The position numbers were made by a program, and so were the translations under genes. A DNA stretch of 58,919 bases, counting the filler, from Nemertoderma westbladi (lineage: Eukaryota; Animalia; Xenacoelomorpha): the NCBI GenBank assembly GCA_032718475.1. It is 3 parts of 3 records of this genome, joined end to end, with 100 filler letters (N's around TTAATTAATTAA, not from the genome) between each part and the next. Parts side by side here need not be neighbours in the genome. Positions count along the whole stretch, not along the records: positions 1 to 18,926 come from JAUCBJ010000691.1; 2 more parts are not named here. One strand, written 5' to 3'. Below, one piece after another: positions 1 through 11,027 of the stretch. Under the pieces are notes generated by a model that searched no databases, was not told the DNA's origin, and saw only the letters and a program-made list of their open reading frames with translations. Each line of letters begins with the position of its first letter. Position 1 is the first letter of the stretch.

Positions 1-94
1 TCTGCCAACCTAATAAGTTCCCGCCTAACCAATAAGACAACAAAGACTGCTCTACTGTTAAGTAAAGGGGATCAGGAGCGTGCTATTACTAAAT

Positions 95-2083
95 TGTAAG
101 GGTTGCTAAATACAAAACCGCTACTTACCGTTAGATGGCGCTAATCTGCCGTCCACTAATATATTTTACTAATTTTACACAACTCCTGCAAAATCGCTTG
201 TTCCTTTCTCTACCGATTGCTCGATAGAGAGCTAACTGTTCGAATCTATGAGCCACGCGGGAATAACCAAAACAATAAACCCGAGTCGGCTCCCTAAGCT
301 TACTTAAGACGAGTGCGAGAGGCCTTGCACTCAGAGTATTCTTACGCCTAATTTTATCACTATTAAAGCACGCTATTACCTACGTCTTTCTAATCGCGAA
401 TACTGGAGGTTCCCTAACGTAATGTGTGAATGCGAGAATATTTAAAATATCAAAATGGTACAGTATCTGTTTCTACGTGGATAATACCACCCCGGGTCTA
501 AAACTGCCCGCGACTGGCTTTAGGCCAGCAAAATTACTAGCGTATCGTGCGTACCGAATAGTGCGTTCTAGCTGATTGCCCACTAATGCAAATAACCGCT
601 CAGCGTGAATAGTTTACAGTACACTAATTATTACCTTAGCTACTCTCCGCTATGCTGCGTACTAATTCTTAATTTTTTACTAATTAATTACAGTCACGAA
701 TATTTAACAGCGTACTAATTACTAAGAGTTCCAGAATACGTAATTCTAATTTATCACGCAACAGGTTTCGATAGTAATAGCCTAAATTGCCGTATTACTT
801 TGACCTAATCAATAACTAATTATTGTAACTAAGAAATAGAAATCAATCAAAAGAAAAGAGCGCCTATCTAAGCATTCGTAATCTTAGGCACACTTCAATA
901 ACACACCAATCAGCGTTAGAAATCACAGTTTACAATTGTGCAATTCACTACTCGTACTCCACACTCAACGTTGCAATACGCGCAGGCCTCTCCCAGGTAC
1001 ATCTAGGATTCCTAACTAACCCAATTCCTGCCCCCCTAATACCAAATAGAGACAAAATCTGGATCATCAGCCCCCTAATTACTGTACCGGCGATCGGTCT
1101 GCGTGCCGCAGTGCAAGTTACCCGCCCGCAACGGTGACCCTGGCCAGCGTTGCTCGCTTTGAATCCTCCGCTCTCTCCTAGTCGCTCAACCCCCCGATGC
1201 GCCCACCGCCCACTGGCACCTTAGCTCTCCATGATGCTAATAGCTACCGTAGCGGCGCATGCAAATCACAAAGTCTGACAGTCTCAGAATCCCTTAGGAT
1301 TATTGCGCAGAAAAGAATCACATAGAACCATTAATCAAAGGTAGAAATCATAGTTCAATTGTAATTAGCAGCAATCAAAGGAATTATTGAGAAACACAAG
1401 CAAGTAATCGCACTAGCAAATCATTTCACGAAATTAATCAAATTAGCAAATTGCAGAAAGTATCAAGAAAAAACAGCAAGACAGGTGCTAGGGCTAGGTG
1501 TCATGTGATGAGTTGATGAGGCTCTACCGGCACACCGCCAATTTATAGGTGATCCGGATGGGGTGATGCAATAGGGTGACTCAATCGCTTTCTTATTGGC
1601 TCTCCAGTCCGTGCTAGCACTAGACCAACCTGGAAGCAGCTAGTCCAATAAGGAGGCCGGATTGTAGCCCTATTTGCTCCCCTTCCTCGAATTATTACCA
1701 TATATGGTAATGGTTCACGTCTCTGGCTGCTGAATGGCCAGGACAGCGTCCCTATATGCTAGCCCTACTAAAGCTAATATCAGCAAGCACTGAATCCAGG
1801 GTCCGAATAAACTTACCCTGGAACTATCTACATATAACCTAATACAAAATTACGTAGGTAGGGCTACATACTATACAAAATGGATGGTTTCAAATATATG
1901 GGCGTTTTGATTTCCCTACCTAAATACCACTGCGTTATTATGCCTTATCTAAAATATCATGCTGCACAACGGACTAATATTACGTACAGCATAACGGACT
2001 AATATTGCATACTGCATAACGGACTAATATTGCATACTGCATAACGGACTAATAATGTGGATACAGCGCCATATACCGTAACA
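95..2083 (-). mobile_element. Probable LTR of an LTR retrotransposon (~2 kb)
   Basis: Bounded by TGTAAGGG (95) and CCGTAACA (2083), an imperfect TG..CA inverted pair. The minus strand shows short tandem repeats near the start, CCAAT boxes and CTATAAAT (~1541-1548) followed ~25 nt later by an Inr-like TCATCA. No clear TSD or canonical PBS seen. Confidence 0.4.
1968..2054. repeat. 25-bp tandem repeat, ~3.5 copies
   Basis: AACGGACTAAT recurs at 1968, 1993, 2018 and 2043. Confidence 0.85.
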
Positions 2084-2962
2084 AATACAGTACTAACTTT
2101 GTTGAGTTGATTAGATCATAGGTACTATTCTAATTTTCTGTTATCTGTTGCATTGTATTTTCTATGTTTTATATACCAGTCCTGCCAAGAATTAAGTAGT
2201 GCTTTCAGAGTTATATACTGGGCGATCGCGATATATGAAATTGCGTTATTATAATATATTAGTAATAGTTTAAAAAGTTACAAAAAGCATATATTCCAGC
2301 CATTCAAATGAAAGCTTATGGCATTATGATCACATTAGTAACATCACATTTTTAAAAAAATGGAACCATAAAAAATTTATCGACTTCGCGATAAACTATA
2401 CCGGCGCTTGATCCAGTAAACTTTATTAACCCCCAGTAGCCCACATGATAAAGTTATCACAAAACAGCTTATCATTTGGTGGTCAGTGACCAAATTGAAA
2501 CAAATTCCATCAACAAGTCTTCATCATTTTGAAAAAAGTTAAAATTTCAGTGCAGTCTAATCTACATGCTGAGCTGACTGACTACTTTTTGCCAAGAATA
2601 TTTGTATTTGGTTGGGCTCAGACTCACTAACAGACACGTATGCCCATCCATCCATATACTAATCATAACTAGTCAATAATTATTATTATTGTCCCAGCGC
2701 GCCAGCGTTGATGTTAGGTCTACTGTTGGTATTGTTAGAAATTGAGATTAAGCTTCCCAACGTGAATGACCAGTTTATTCGACAGGCAACAAAAACTATA
2801 GCTATTATTACTTCGTTCTATTTCTCAATTTGCATTTTGTTTCTTTTCATTTTCATTATTTAACATTTAACAATATCAAATCAATCCCATCATTATCATT
2901 ATCAAATATCCAGACGGCGTAGGTTATGGTGCAAATCATTATGGTCATATATACAAAAAAAT

Positions 2963-3051
2963 CGGCTTTAGCCGGAAATCCGGCCGGATTTTTGTTACAA
3001 ATCCGGCTCCGGCCTGGCCGGTTTGAAAATGGTCAATCCGGCACATCCCTA
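2963..3051. mobile_element. hAT-like MITE terminal fragment
   Basis: Ends ...ATCCGGCACATCCCTA (reverse complement TAGGGATGTGCCGGAT) with multiple CCGG subterminal motifs. Confidence 0.4.
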
Positions 3052-3623
3052 ATTGTTAACCAGTATTAACTAATATTAACTAATATTAAATAGCGAAAAA
3101 TAAAATTTTTCTGACCTGTCTTGTAGAATAGCATCTTAGGTACCTATATTCCAAATTATAGCCAAAAAACCAAACAATAGGATAACCAAACAATGAGAGT
3201 GATAAATCTAAGAGTTGTCCGAAAATAATATAATAGTAATAATATAATATAATAGTAATCTTTGTTGATTACCTGAGATTATTAGTTAACCCATACTGTG
3301 ATGGGATCAAAACAATCGGAATTATAAAAAAAATAATTCCGGTTACATTACTGTAAGAATTAGGCTGACTGACTGAGGCCGCTTGACCCGTCACTAGTAA
3401 TGTTACCGTTTCATCACGGAATATTTAATGTCAGGGATCACTTCCATATGGCGTAACCCAAATACGAAGATACCATTACGCACGCAAAGTTTGAGATTAA
3501 TTAATATTAATATCGGTTTTAGGAAGAAGTGGGTTAATTAGAATATTCATAAAATTTTTTAATTAAATATATTTAATATTTATATAAAAAATATATATTT
3601 TGTAATTCCATTATATTCATTAC

Positions 3624-3719
3624 CTGCGTTGTATCCGCTGATTGGTTTCTTTTCTTGTTGAATTCGTCTGTTAGATTCTCGTGTGCTTTCTGAATACCGT
3701 CTCTACGCTTTAATGCGTC
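3624..3719 (-). CDS. SNX7/SNX30: Sorting nexin SNX7/SNX30-like, BAR-domain exon (most 3' exon found)
   Basis: Acceptor tttctacgtag, donor gtaatg, 96 bp, phase 0/0. Encodes DALKRRDGIQKAHENLTDEFNKKRNQSADTTQ, resembling the SNX7/30 'VLKKRDQVQAEYE' segment, and joins in frame to 5995-6197. Confidence 0.85.
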
Positions 3720-3975
3720 CTACGTAGAAACAGGGAGATAAACAGTTATACGAAAAATAAATGCACAGTAAGGCCTCGTAGAAGTGTGGGTCTAAAAAAA
3801 TTTCAACTTATTTGTTTTCTATTTGCGATTTGTTCTACACTCATAGAGAAAAATGTCACACAAAATAGTGAAAATGATAGGGGAGTCTGCCTAATTGATC
3901 GACACAAAAAATAGCTTTTTCTGGCCCGAAATTCTAAAATGTTGACATCCTCAAATTACGAAGTTAATAACTATT

Positions 3976-4112
3976 TACATACTTGTGTGTAAAGTAGCAC
4001 TTTACAGTGTGATGATCCGAGTGGCTTTGTTACACGAACGAACGTTAGTGAGTGAGTGAAAATAAAGCCACGAGGATCAGAACACTGTAAAGTACTTTGC
4101 AACAAGTATGTA
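3976..4112. repeat. Imperfect palindrome (hairpin), probably the end of a non-autonomous DNA element
   Basis: TACATACTTGT..TTTACAGTGTGATGATCC.AGTGGCTTT pairs with AAAGCCACGAGGATCAGAACACTGTAAAGTAC..ACAAGTATGTA. Confidence 0.75.
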
Positions 4113-4377
4113 TGTAGTTTTATTCCAAAATTTTAACATTACGAAATGATTATATATATATTATAAGTGGTAGAAACTGCAAAAATTATATTAGTTGCTG
4201 TATAAATAAATGTAAAAATGACATAAATTAAGTTATAAATAAGTTAGCTTATATTTATGGTGGCGTTTGGAGCCATGTTATAATAATATAGCTAGACCCT
4301 ACTGGTTATTAATGCTATACCCCGCCTACCGGTAGGTAATGCCGTAGGCCTATCTGGCTATCAGGCAAATTTCCACC

Positions 4378-4467
4378 TATTGTTTACGTGGTATCCAATG
4401 TCGGCGTTAAGTAATGTCCCCGTAGAGGACATTACTTAACCCCGTCATGGTTACCACGTAAACAATA
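4378..4467. repeat. 90-bp near-perfect hairpin
   Basis: TATTGTTTACGTGGTA..GTTAAGTAATGTCC-loop-GGACATTACTTAAC..TACCACGTAAACAATA. Confidence 0.8.
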
Positions 4468-5179
4468 ACACCAAATACAATACTAAATGTACAGGCCAAT
4501 GCTGTAATGTCCTCTAAAGTTGTAAAGTGCCAAATAACAACTCGCTGTTAATACTAACGGCGTTGAGTAATGTTACAATTTTGGAATAACAATATATAAT
4601 TCGAAAACTTGTGAAACGATATCGAAAATACAATGTTGATATTTTCTCAGCAGAAGCTATTGAAATACAGCGCTTCGGCACGAATGCTTTACATGGATAG
4701 CAAGGGCACATCCTTGTCACACATGTTGAATGGTAGTTAAATGAGTACCAATGTCCTCTGGGGAGTATAGTTAGTACTGGTCTGGGGCGACCGCACAAGA
4801 AAAAAGTCGTTCGAATTTGTGCGGAAAACATAACTCCCGAAGAAAAATTTTGCGACACACTGGGACATAGGTAAACTTACAATACCACCTGAAACGATCA
4901 ACGACCTACATGAACGTGAACATAGTTGGCACTGGTGGAACAGTAAAGACGGGGTTATACCAGATACTCTTGAGTCAATGGTAGGCGTTCCGGTGAACGA
5001 ACGGCTGACATATTACATAGACCTTCTTGAAAGGGATACTCTAGTTGAGGGTGAAATGAACTTGCAACAAACCATGGAGAAACCTGAAGGACCACACTCC
5101 ACACTGTCAGACAAAGTAGTAAGTACTTCCTAATCATATGTTCGATTCCAAATTGTTCACCCTGTATAGTTAGCTTTGT

Positions 5180-5998
5180 ACTAACTTTTGTACTACAGTA
5201 GTTGTGTAGTTAGATATGTTTTCGTCTTGTACTAGTTTGTAGTTAATACCAACTAACTTTTGTACTACAGTAATAGTGTAGTTATAGATGTCTTGTACTA
5301 GTTTGTAGTTAATACCAACTAACTTTTGTACTACAGTAGTTGTGTAGTTAGATATGTCTTGTACTAGTTTGTAGTTAATACCAACTAACTTTTGTACTAC
5401 AGTAATAGTGTAGTTATAGATGTCTTGTACTAGTTTGTAGTTAATACCAACTAACTTTTGTACTACAGTAGTTGTGTAGTTAGATATGTCTTGTACTAGT
5501 TTGTAGTTAATACCAACTAACTTTTGTACTACAGTAGTTGTGTAGTTAGATGTCTTGTACTAGTTTGTAGTTAATACCAACTAACTTTTGTACTACAGTA
5601 GTTGTGTAGTTAGATATGTCTTGTACTAGTTTGTAGTTAATACCAACTAACTTTTGTACTACAGTCTTAGTTGTGTAGTTAGATATGTCTTGTACTAGTT
5701 TATAGTTAATACCAACTAACTTTTGTACTACAGTCAGTAGTTGTGTAGTTAGATATGTCTTGTACTAGTTTGTAGTTAATACCAACTAACTTTTGTACTA
5801 CAGTCAGTAGTTGTGTAGTTAGATGTCTTGTACTAGTTTGTAGTTAATACCAACTAACTTTTGTACTACAGTCAGTAGTTGTGTAGTTAGATATGTCTTG
5901 TACTAGTTTGTAGTTAATACCAACTAACTTTTGTACTACAGTAGTTGTGTAGTTAGATATGTCTTGTACTAGTTTGTAGTTAATACCAACTAACTTTT
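5180..5998. repeat. ~66-bp minisatellite, ~12 copies, overlapping the SNX splice donor
   Basis: Unit TAACTTTTGTACTACAGTAGTTGTGTAGTTAGATATGTCTTGTACTAGTTTGTAGTTAATACCAAC (64-70 bp variants). The last unit runs into the exon end at 5995. Confidence 0.95.
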
Positions 5999-6197
5999 AT
6001 GCTAGCCGTATAGAGACAGTAATCTTTGACTGTGGGATGGAAGGACAGTTCATGGGATAGTAGCAGGTCATTGGATGCGTGTAAGCATTGGTCTATTGTG
6101 TTTGCAACAGCCGCCAGTAGTTTATTCACTTGTGACTCATCTTCTGAGGACCACAGCTTGTAAGAAGGAGATAAGACCTTGAGCAGTTCACAAAAGT
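5995..6197 (-). CDS. SNX7/SNX30: Sorting nexin SNX7/SNX30-like, BAR-domain exon
   Basis: Acceptor tttattctag, donor gttagt, 203 bp, phase 1/0. Encodes (D)FCELLKVLSPSYKLWSSEDESQVNKLLAAVANTIDQCLHASNDLLLSHELSFHPTVKDYCLYTASIK, resembling SNX30 'YGPVYSTWS...FLPVLREYILY..SMK'. Confidence 0.88.
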
Positions 6198-6319
6198 CTA
6201 GAATAAATAAATTGGGTTATGTTGTTAATACAACTTAATCAATATGAATCGTGGTTTTTTCACATCACTTTTTCACAAAATGAAAATGTGAAAAGTAGTG
6301 TTCACATTTTCTGGATGTA

Positions 6320-6528
6320 GGACAATTCGGTCCCGGACAATTCGGTCCCAGACAATTCGGTCCCGGACAATTCGGTCCCGGACAATTCGGTCCCGGACAA
6401 TTCGGTCCCAGACAATTCGGTCCCGGACAATTCGGTCACAGACAATTCGGTCCCGGACAATTCGGTCCCGGACAATTCGGTCCCAAAACACAAAATTAAT
6501 GGGACCGAATTGTCCGGGACCGAATTGT
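6320..6528. repeat. 15-bp tandem repeat (GGACAATTCGGTCCC x11) followed by two inverted copies; likely subterminal repeats of a DNA transposon
   Basis: Direct copies at 6320-6484, inverted copies at 6501-6528. Confidence 0.9.
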
Positions 6529-6553
6529 TCTGCTTCCACATTTTTTTCACGGT

Positions 6554-7728
6554 ACAATTTAAGGAAACAATTTCACATTCGATAGAAAAATCTGATCTCA
6601 AAATTCCACGTGCACATTTTCGAGTGATTTTCAAAACTTTTTACGTCAAAATAATGATGTTCTAAAATCGCCATAGACTTTACCACAACAACTATAAGTA
6701 TCGTTTCGAGAAAAATCCCAAAATTGATGAAAATTTCACCAAAAAAAATTATTTTATACCAAATAAAATAAAGTCACCCCAAATAAAATTATTCAAACAC
6801 CAAAAACAAATTTTTCAACACCAAAACCAATTATTCAACATCAAAACAAATTATTCAATACTAAAATAAATAAATGATCCCCAAAACCAATTATTAGCAC
6901 CAAAATAAATTACAAATCCCCCAAAATAATTACAAATTTTCCCAAAACAAATACATTTTCGCCCAAAATAAATACATTTTCCCCCAAAACAAATATATTT
7001 TCCCCCAAAACAAATACATTTTCGCCCAAAATAAGTACATGTTCCCCCAAAACAAATACATTTTAACTGAAGTATGGTATTTGGGCAAAGCGTAGTTAAT
7101 ATAAAATATTTGGTGCTGGAATAATTTTTTTAGGTTGACAAGTAATTATTTTTGGGGGTAGAACAATTGTTTTTGGGGTAGAATAATTGTTTGTGGGGGT
7201 AGAATAATTGTTTTTGGGGGTAGAATAATTGTTTTTGGGGTAGAATAATTGTTTGTGGGGGTAGAATAATTGTTTTTGGGTGTAGAATAATTGTTTTTGG
7301 GGTAGAATAATTGTTTGTGGGGGTAGAATAATTGTTTTTGGGGTAGAATAATTGTTTGTGGGGGTAGAATAATTGTTTGTGGGGGTAGAATAATTGTTTT
7401 TGGGGGTAGAATAATTGTTTTTGGGGGTAGAATAATTGTTATTGGGGGAAGAATAATTTTTTGGGGGGGATGAATAATTATTTTTGGTGAGAGGGATATT
7501 CAAAATTGGGGGATGCGAATTGGTGCTACAAAAAAATATATTTGGTGCAAAATAATTTATTTTGGTGTTAAATAATCTAATATGGGGTGGCATTAGTGGC
7601 GGTAGTTAACTAAATAATATCTCAATTCACAACATCTTCTAAATGGACCAAATACGGCGCTAGAATTTTACATAAGATGATTAATGCCACCTTGCGTCAA
7701 TTTGGCGAAAACATTTTTTCTTAAATTG
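6554..7728. mobile_element. Fold-back-like element with opposed low-complexity arrays
   Basis: CCCCAAAA-rich repeats at ~6750-7060 face 20/21-bp TTGTTTTTGGGGGTAGAATAA repeats at ~7140-7480. Short terminal inverted match ACAATTTAAG / CTTAAATTGT. Confidence 0.5.
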
Positions 7729-8204
7729 TGGTCTTTGTTGCTCTGGCTCTCTATCATAATTTATGAGTTTTTATTTCCTCCAATTTTATTTTAATAGGGC
7801 CTATTTTAGTTTAGTATATTATTATGTTATATTAAATGGCCGAGCGAAGCGCGCAGATAAAAATTTACACAATTCTCTCATTTTACACATTTCTCATTTA
7901 AAAAATCTTTCAATATCAAGAATTTCCTGCCTATCCAATTCCAGAATTTATCTGGAACTGGAATAGTCAGTACAAGGAGCAGCTGCACATATTTATTAAT
8001 GTTATCGACCCATAATACTACTTTGCGTTCCTTAAGAAAAGGATTAATATAATTACTTGGCTCGCCCCACACCGAAAATTATAATTTCGATAAGAATAAC
8101 AAGGTGTACCCTCAAACAAAGAGCCCTACTAATATTTATTATAGTACAGAACCGAATTATTTATCACAAAAAATAATTGCATATAATATAATTGCACAAA
8201 GTTA

Positions 8205-8846
8205 TTAGAGTCTCTTCGGTACGTGACTGATTATGGGACGGGGGCGGCTATCGAACACAAGTTTACGTCGGATTACAGCTGTTACTGTGTACGTGCTGTC
8301 AAAGGAATCTGTAGGGAGTGCACACTCTAGGGTATTCATGTCGGTACCGGTACTGGTCTCCATGCCAGTTCCGGTAATCGCCGCTTTACCGGCACTCGTC
8401 TCCATGGTGGCACTGGTCTCCGCGCCGGTACTGGTCTCCGTGCCGGTACTGGTCTCGGTGCCGGTACTTGTCTCCTTGCCGGTACTGGTCTCGGTGCCGG
8501 TACTGGTCTCCTTGCCGGTACTGGTCTCGGTGCCGGTACTGGTCTCCGTGCCGGTTTTGGCCTCGACACCGGAAGTATGCCCTTGCCCTTGGCCATCCTC
8601 GGTCGCCATTTCCCTCCTAACCACCACTATTGGCCGCACCAGTTTCACCGCCTTCCCGCTCAGGACATGGTGCCCAACAATGAGGGAGTAACCACCATCC
8701 TCCGCCCGTACCGTATATAAGTCGCCAATGAGTTGCCCTAGCAACGGACTCCCATCCCGAGCCTCCAATTTGCCTTGCAGTTCGATTATTAGCCATTCTG
8801 GAGGTCCGTGTTCAACTGAACACAAACGAACACCGATTTGAACCAT
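8205..8846 (-). CDS. CHTF8: Chromosome transmission fidelity protein 8 (Ctf18-RFC subunit), intronless, with a GTETST repeat insert
   Basis: MVQI...EWLIIELQG...GDL...LIVGHHVLSGK...YTVTAVIRRKLVFDSRPRPII..VPKRL matches Ctf8 family motifs. Minus-strand AATAAA at 8135-8140. Confidence 0.93.
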   Translation of the reverse strand: MVQIGVRLCSVEHGPPEWLIIELQGKLEARDGSPLLGQLIGDLYTVRAEDGGYSLIVGHHVLSGKAVKLVRPIVVVRREMATEDGQGQGHTSGVEAKTGTETSTGTETSTGKETSTGTETSTGKETSTGTETSTGTETSTGAETSATMETSAGKAAITGTGMETSTGTDMNTLECALPTDSFDSTYTVTAVIRRKLVFDSRPRPIISHVPKRL

Positions 8847-9929
8847 AACGCCAGAACGCTGCCGTATGCCGTACCACTGTACCAGACAACCAGAATACCG
8901 AGGTACCGGTAGTCTTTAGAAAGTACAGAAGTACCGGAAGGCCAAGATACCTACCGGTACAATAATGTTAACGATACGCCAAACGCCGTTTTTATTATGC
9001 AGTTAGAGGTTATGATAAGGACCTGATTAACTTAGGCTAGGCATAACCAAAAACTAAACCAATATCGAAGTCAAAGTACTGCAGTAACCGGTAGACCGCT
9101 GTACCGGCAACCGATGTACAGCGGTATAGCATATAGCAAGCAGTATGGCGTTGTGACTTGTGATGATAATACAGAAAATTTCAGTTAGGAGGGTTATTGT
9201 GCCAAACTACACTCAACACTACAGCACTAGGCCTAATAAAAATAAAGTAAAAAATAAATTTCCAAAAAAAGGACAATCAGCATTCTTAATCAAGGACTAC
9301 TGAAGGGCTTCAATAGTCCTTGGACAGTTGGACGTAATTAACATATTAATTTAAGTACTGTACTTGTAATTGTGCTTGTACTTGTAATTTAGGTACTTGT
9401 AGTAGGCCTAGTAAACACTAAATAATACCCCCAGCCTGCCAGCCATCATTAAATGGCAGGGGTGAAAACAGTTCTACTGCCACGACATTGACAACATTTG
9501 TGAAAAGAAACAAATAATATTAGTTTAATTAAAATTAGTTTAAATAATACTACTGTATAATGCAATATTAGGTAGGACACTTTCATGTTTGGCTAACCCC
9601 TTGTTAAAAAATGTACTTTATTAAAATCGAATATGTAGTTTTTTATATTTTAAGTTTCGAAGTTTTATTAATTAGAAATCGTATAGCCTGACTGTCTGCA
9701 GCCTGAGTCTACAACTACTGTACACCTACATAAGTAGGCCTAGGTGTAGGCATCGACAAAATTAGTGACACCGGTGCCGTCCGCGGTATGGTATCGGTAT
9801 CGATGTGCTGTCTGCATCTATGATTAATGAATTACTGTTAGGCCTACCTCGCTACCTCAGCGTGACTGTAGGATACGGTACAATCAAACTGAAAGAATAC
9901 TGTTACTTTATTTCAGGCCGTGACATATA

Positions 9930-10854
9930 CAAGGCGTATTATATACAATACAAGGCCATGCCATCGAGTTAACTGGGGGCGGTGACTGGGGGCAAGATTT
10001 TTTTTACAACAATTTGATATTTTGATATGGGGAAAGTTCTATAAATTTTCATTTGCTGCAATTTGGTCAATGGACGTAATTGAAGCATCCTCGTTAAGTA
10101 CGATACAAAATTTTATGGTAGCTAGTGTTTTAGGTAGGTTTAGCTAGTAATTTCAACACTGGTTCCGACATCCTACTTCCTTCTATAAATATTTTGTAGT
10201 AGCTAGTTCTTATTACTATTTGTATAGAAAATGTTCCAGAAGATGTTAGCTATTCATTTTTTAAAAAAATGATGTTCTAGAACAAATATTTTTTGTTCTA
10301 GAACATTTTTTTAGAAAAAATTTGGATTCTATTTAAGACGCATGGAATCGTTCTTAAACGTGTTTAAAATCAATAAAAAAATTTTTTCACAATATTTTTA
10401 TTTCAATTTTTTTTTTATTGATTTTAAACACGTTTTAGAACGATTCCATACGTTTTAAATATAATCCAGATTTTTTTCTAAAAAATGTTCTAGAACAAAA
10501 AATATTTGTTCTAGAACATAATTAAAAAAAAATGATTAGCTAACATCTTCTGGAACATTTTCTATACAAAATAGTAATAAGAACTAGCTGCTACAAAATA
10601 TTTATAGAGGGAAGTAGGATGTCGGAACCAGTGTCGAAATTACTAGCTAAACCTACCTAAAACACTAGCTACCATAAAATATTGTATCTTACTTAACAAG
10701 GAGGCTTCAATTACATCCATTGACCAAATTGCAGCAAATGAAAATTTATAGAACTCTCCCCATATCAAAATATCAAATTGTTGTAAAAAAATCTTGCCCC
10801 CAGTCACCGCCCCCAGTTAACTCGATGGCATGGCCTTGTATATAGTACGCCTTG
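9930..10854. mobile_element. Fully palindromic (fold-back) non-autonomous DNA transposon, P-element-like
   Basis: Two ~460-bp inverted arms, termini CAAGGCGTA...TACGCCTTG, exact 8-bp TSD GACATATA (9922-9929 and 10855-10862). Confidence 0.85.
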
Positions 10855-11027
10855 GACATATAGCACCCCATAGCCCATAATTGCGTTTACTTTATTTCAC
10901 GGAGTATTTCACGTCTACTTGATATTAAATAGGCAATATTATATTTACTTAAATATTATTGAACTGTAATAAAAAATTATTTAACTTCGACGTGTCGAAC
11001 AACCGGGAATGAAATAAATGAAATTAA

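Noticed and set aside
6273-7593. ORFs with RDRIV / SGTEL / NNYSTPK repeats
   Set aside because: Translations of 15-bp and 21-bp non-coding repeats
8233-8691. Alternative-frame Pro/Arg-rich and antisense ORFs over CTF8 (reminiscent of human DERPC)
   Set aside because: Confined to the 18-bp repeat region and explained by it; no recognisable similarity beyond composition
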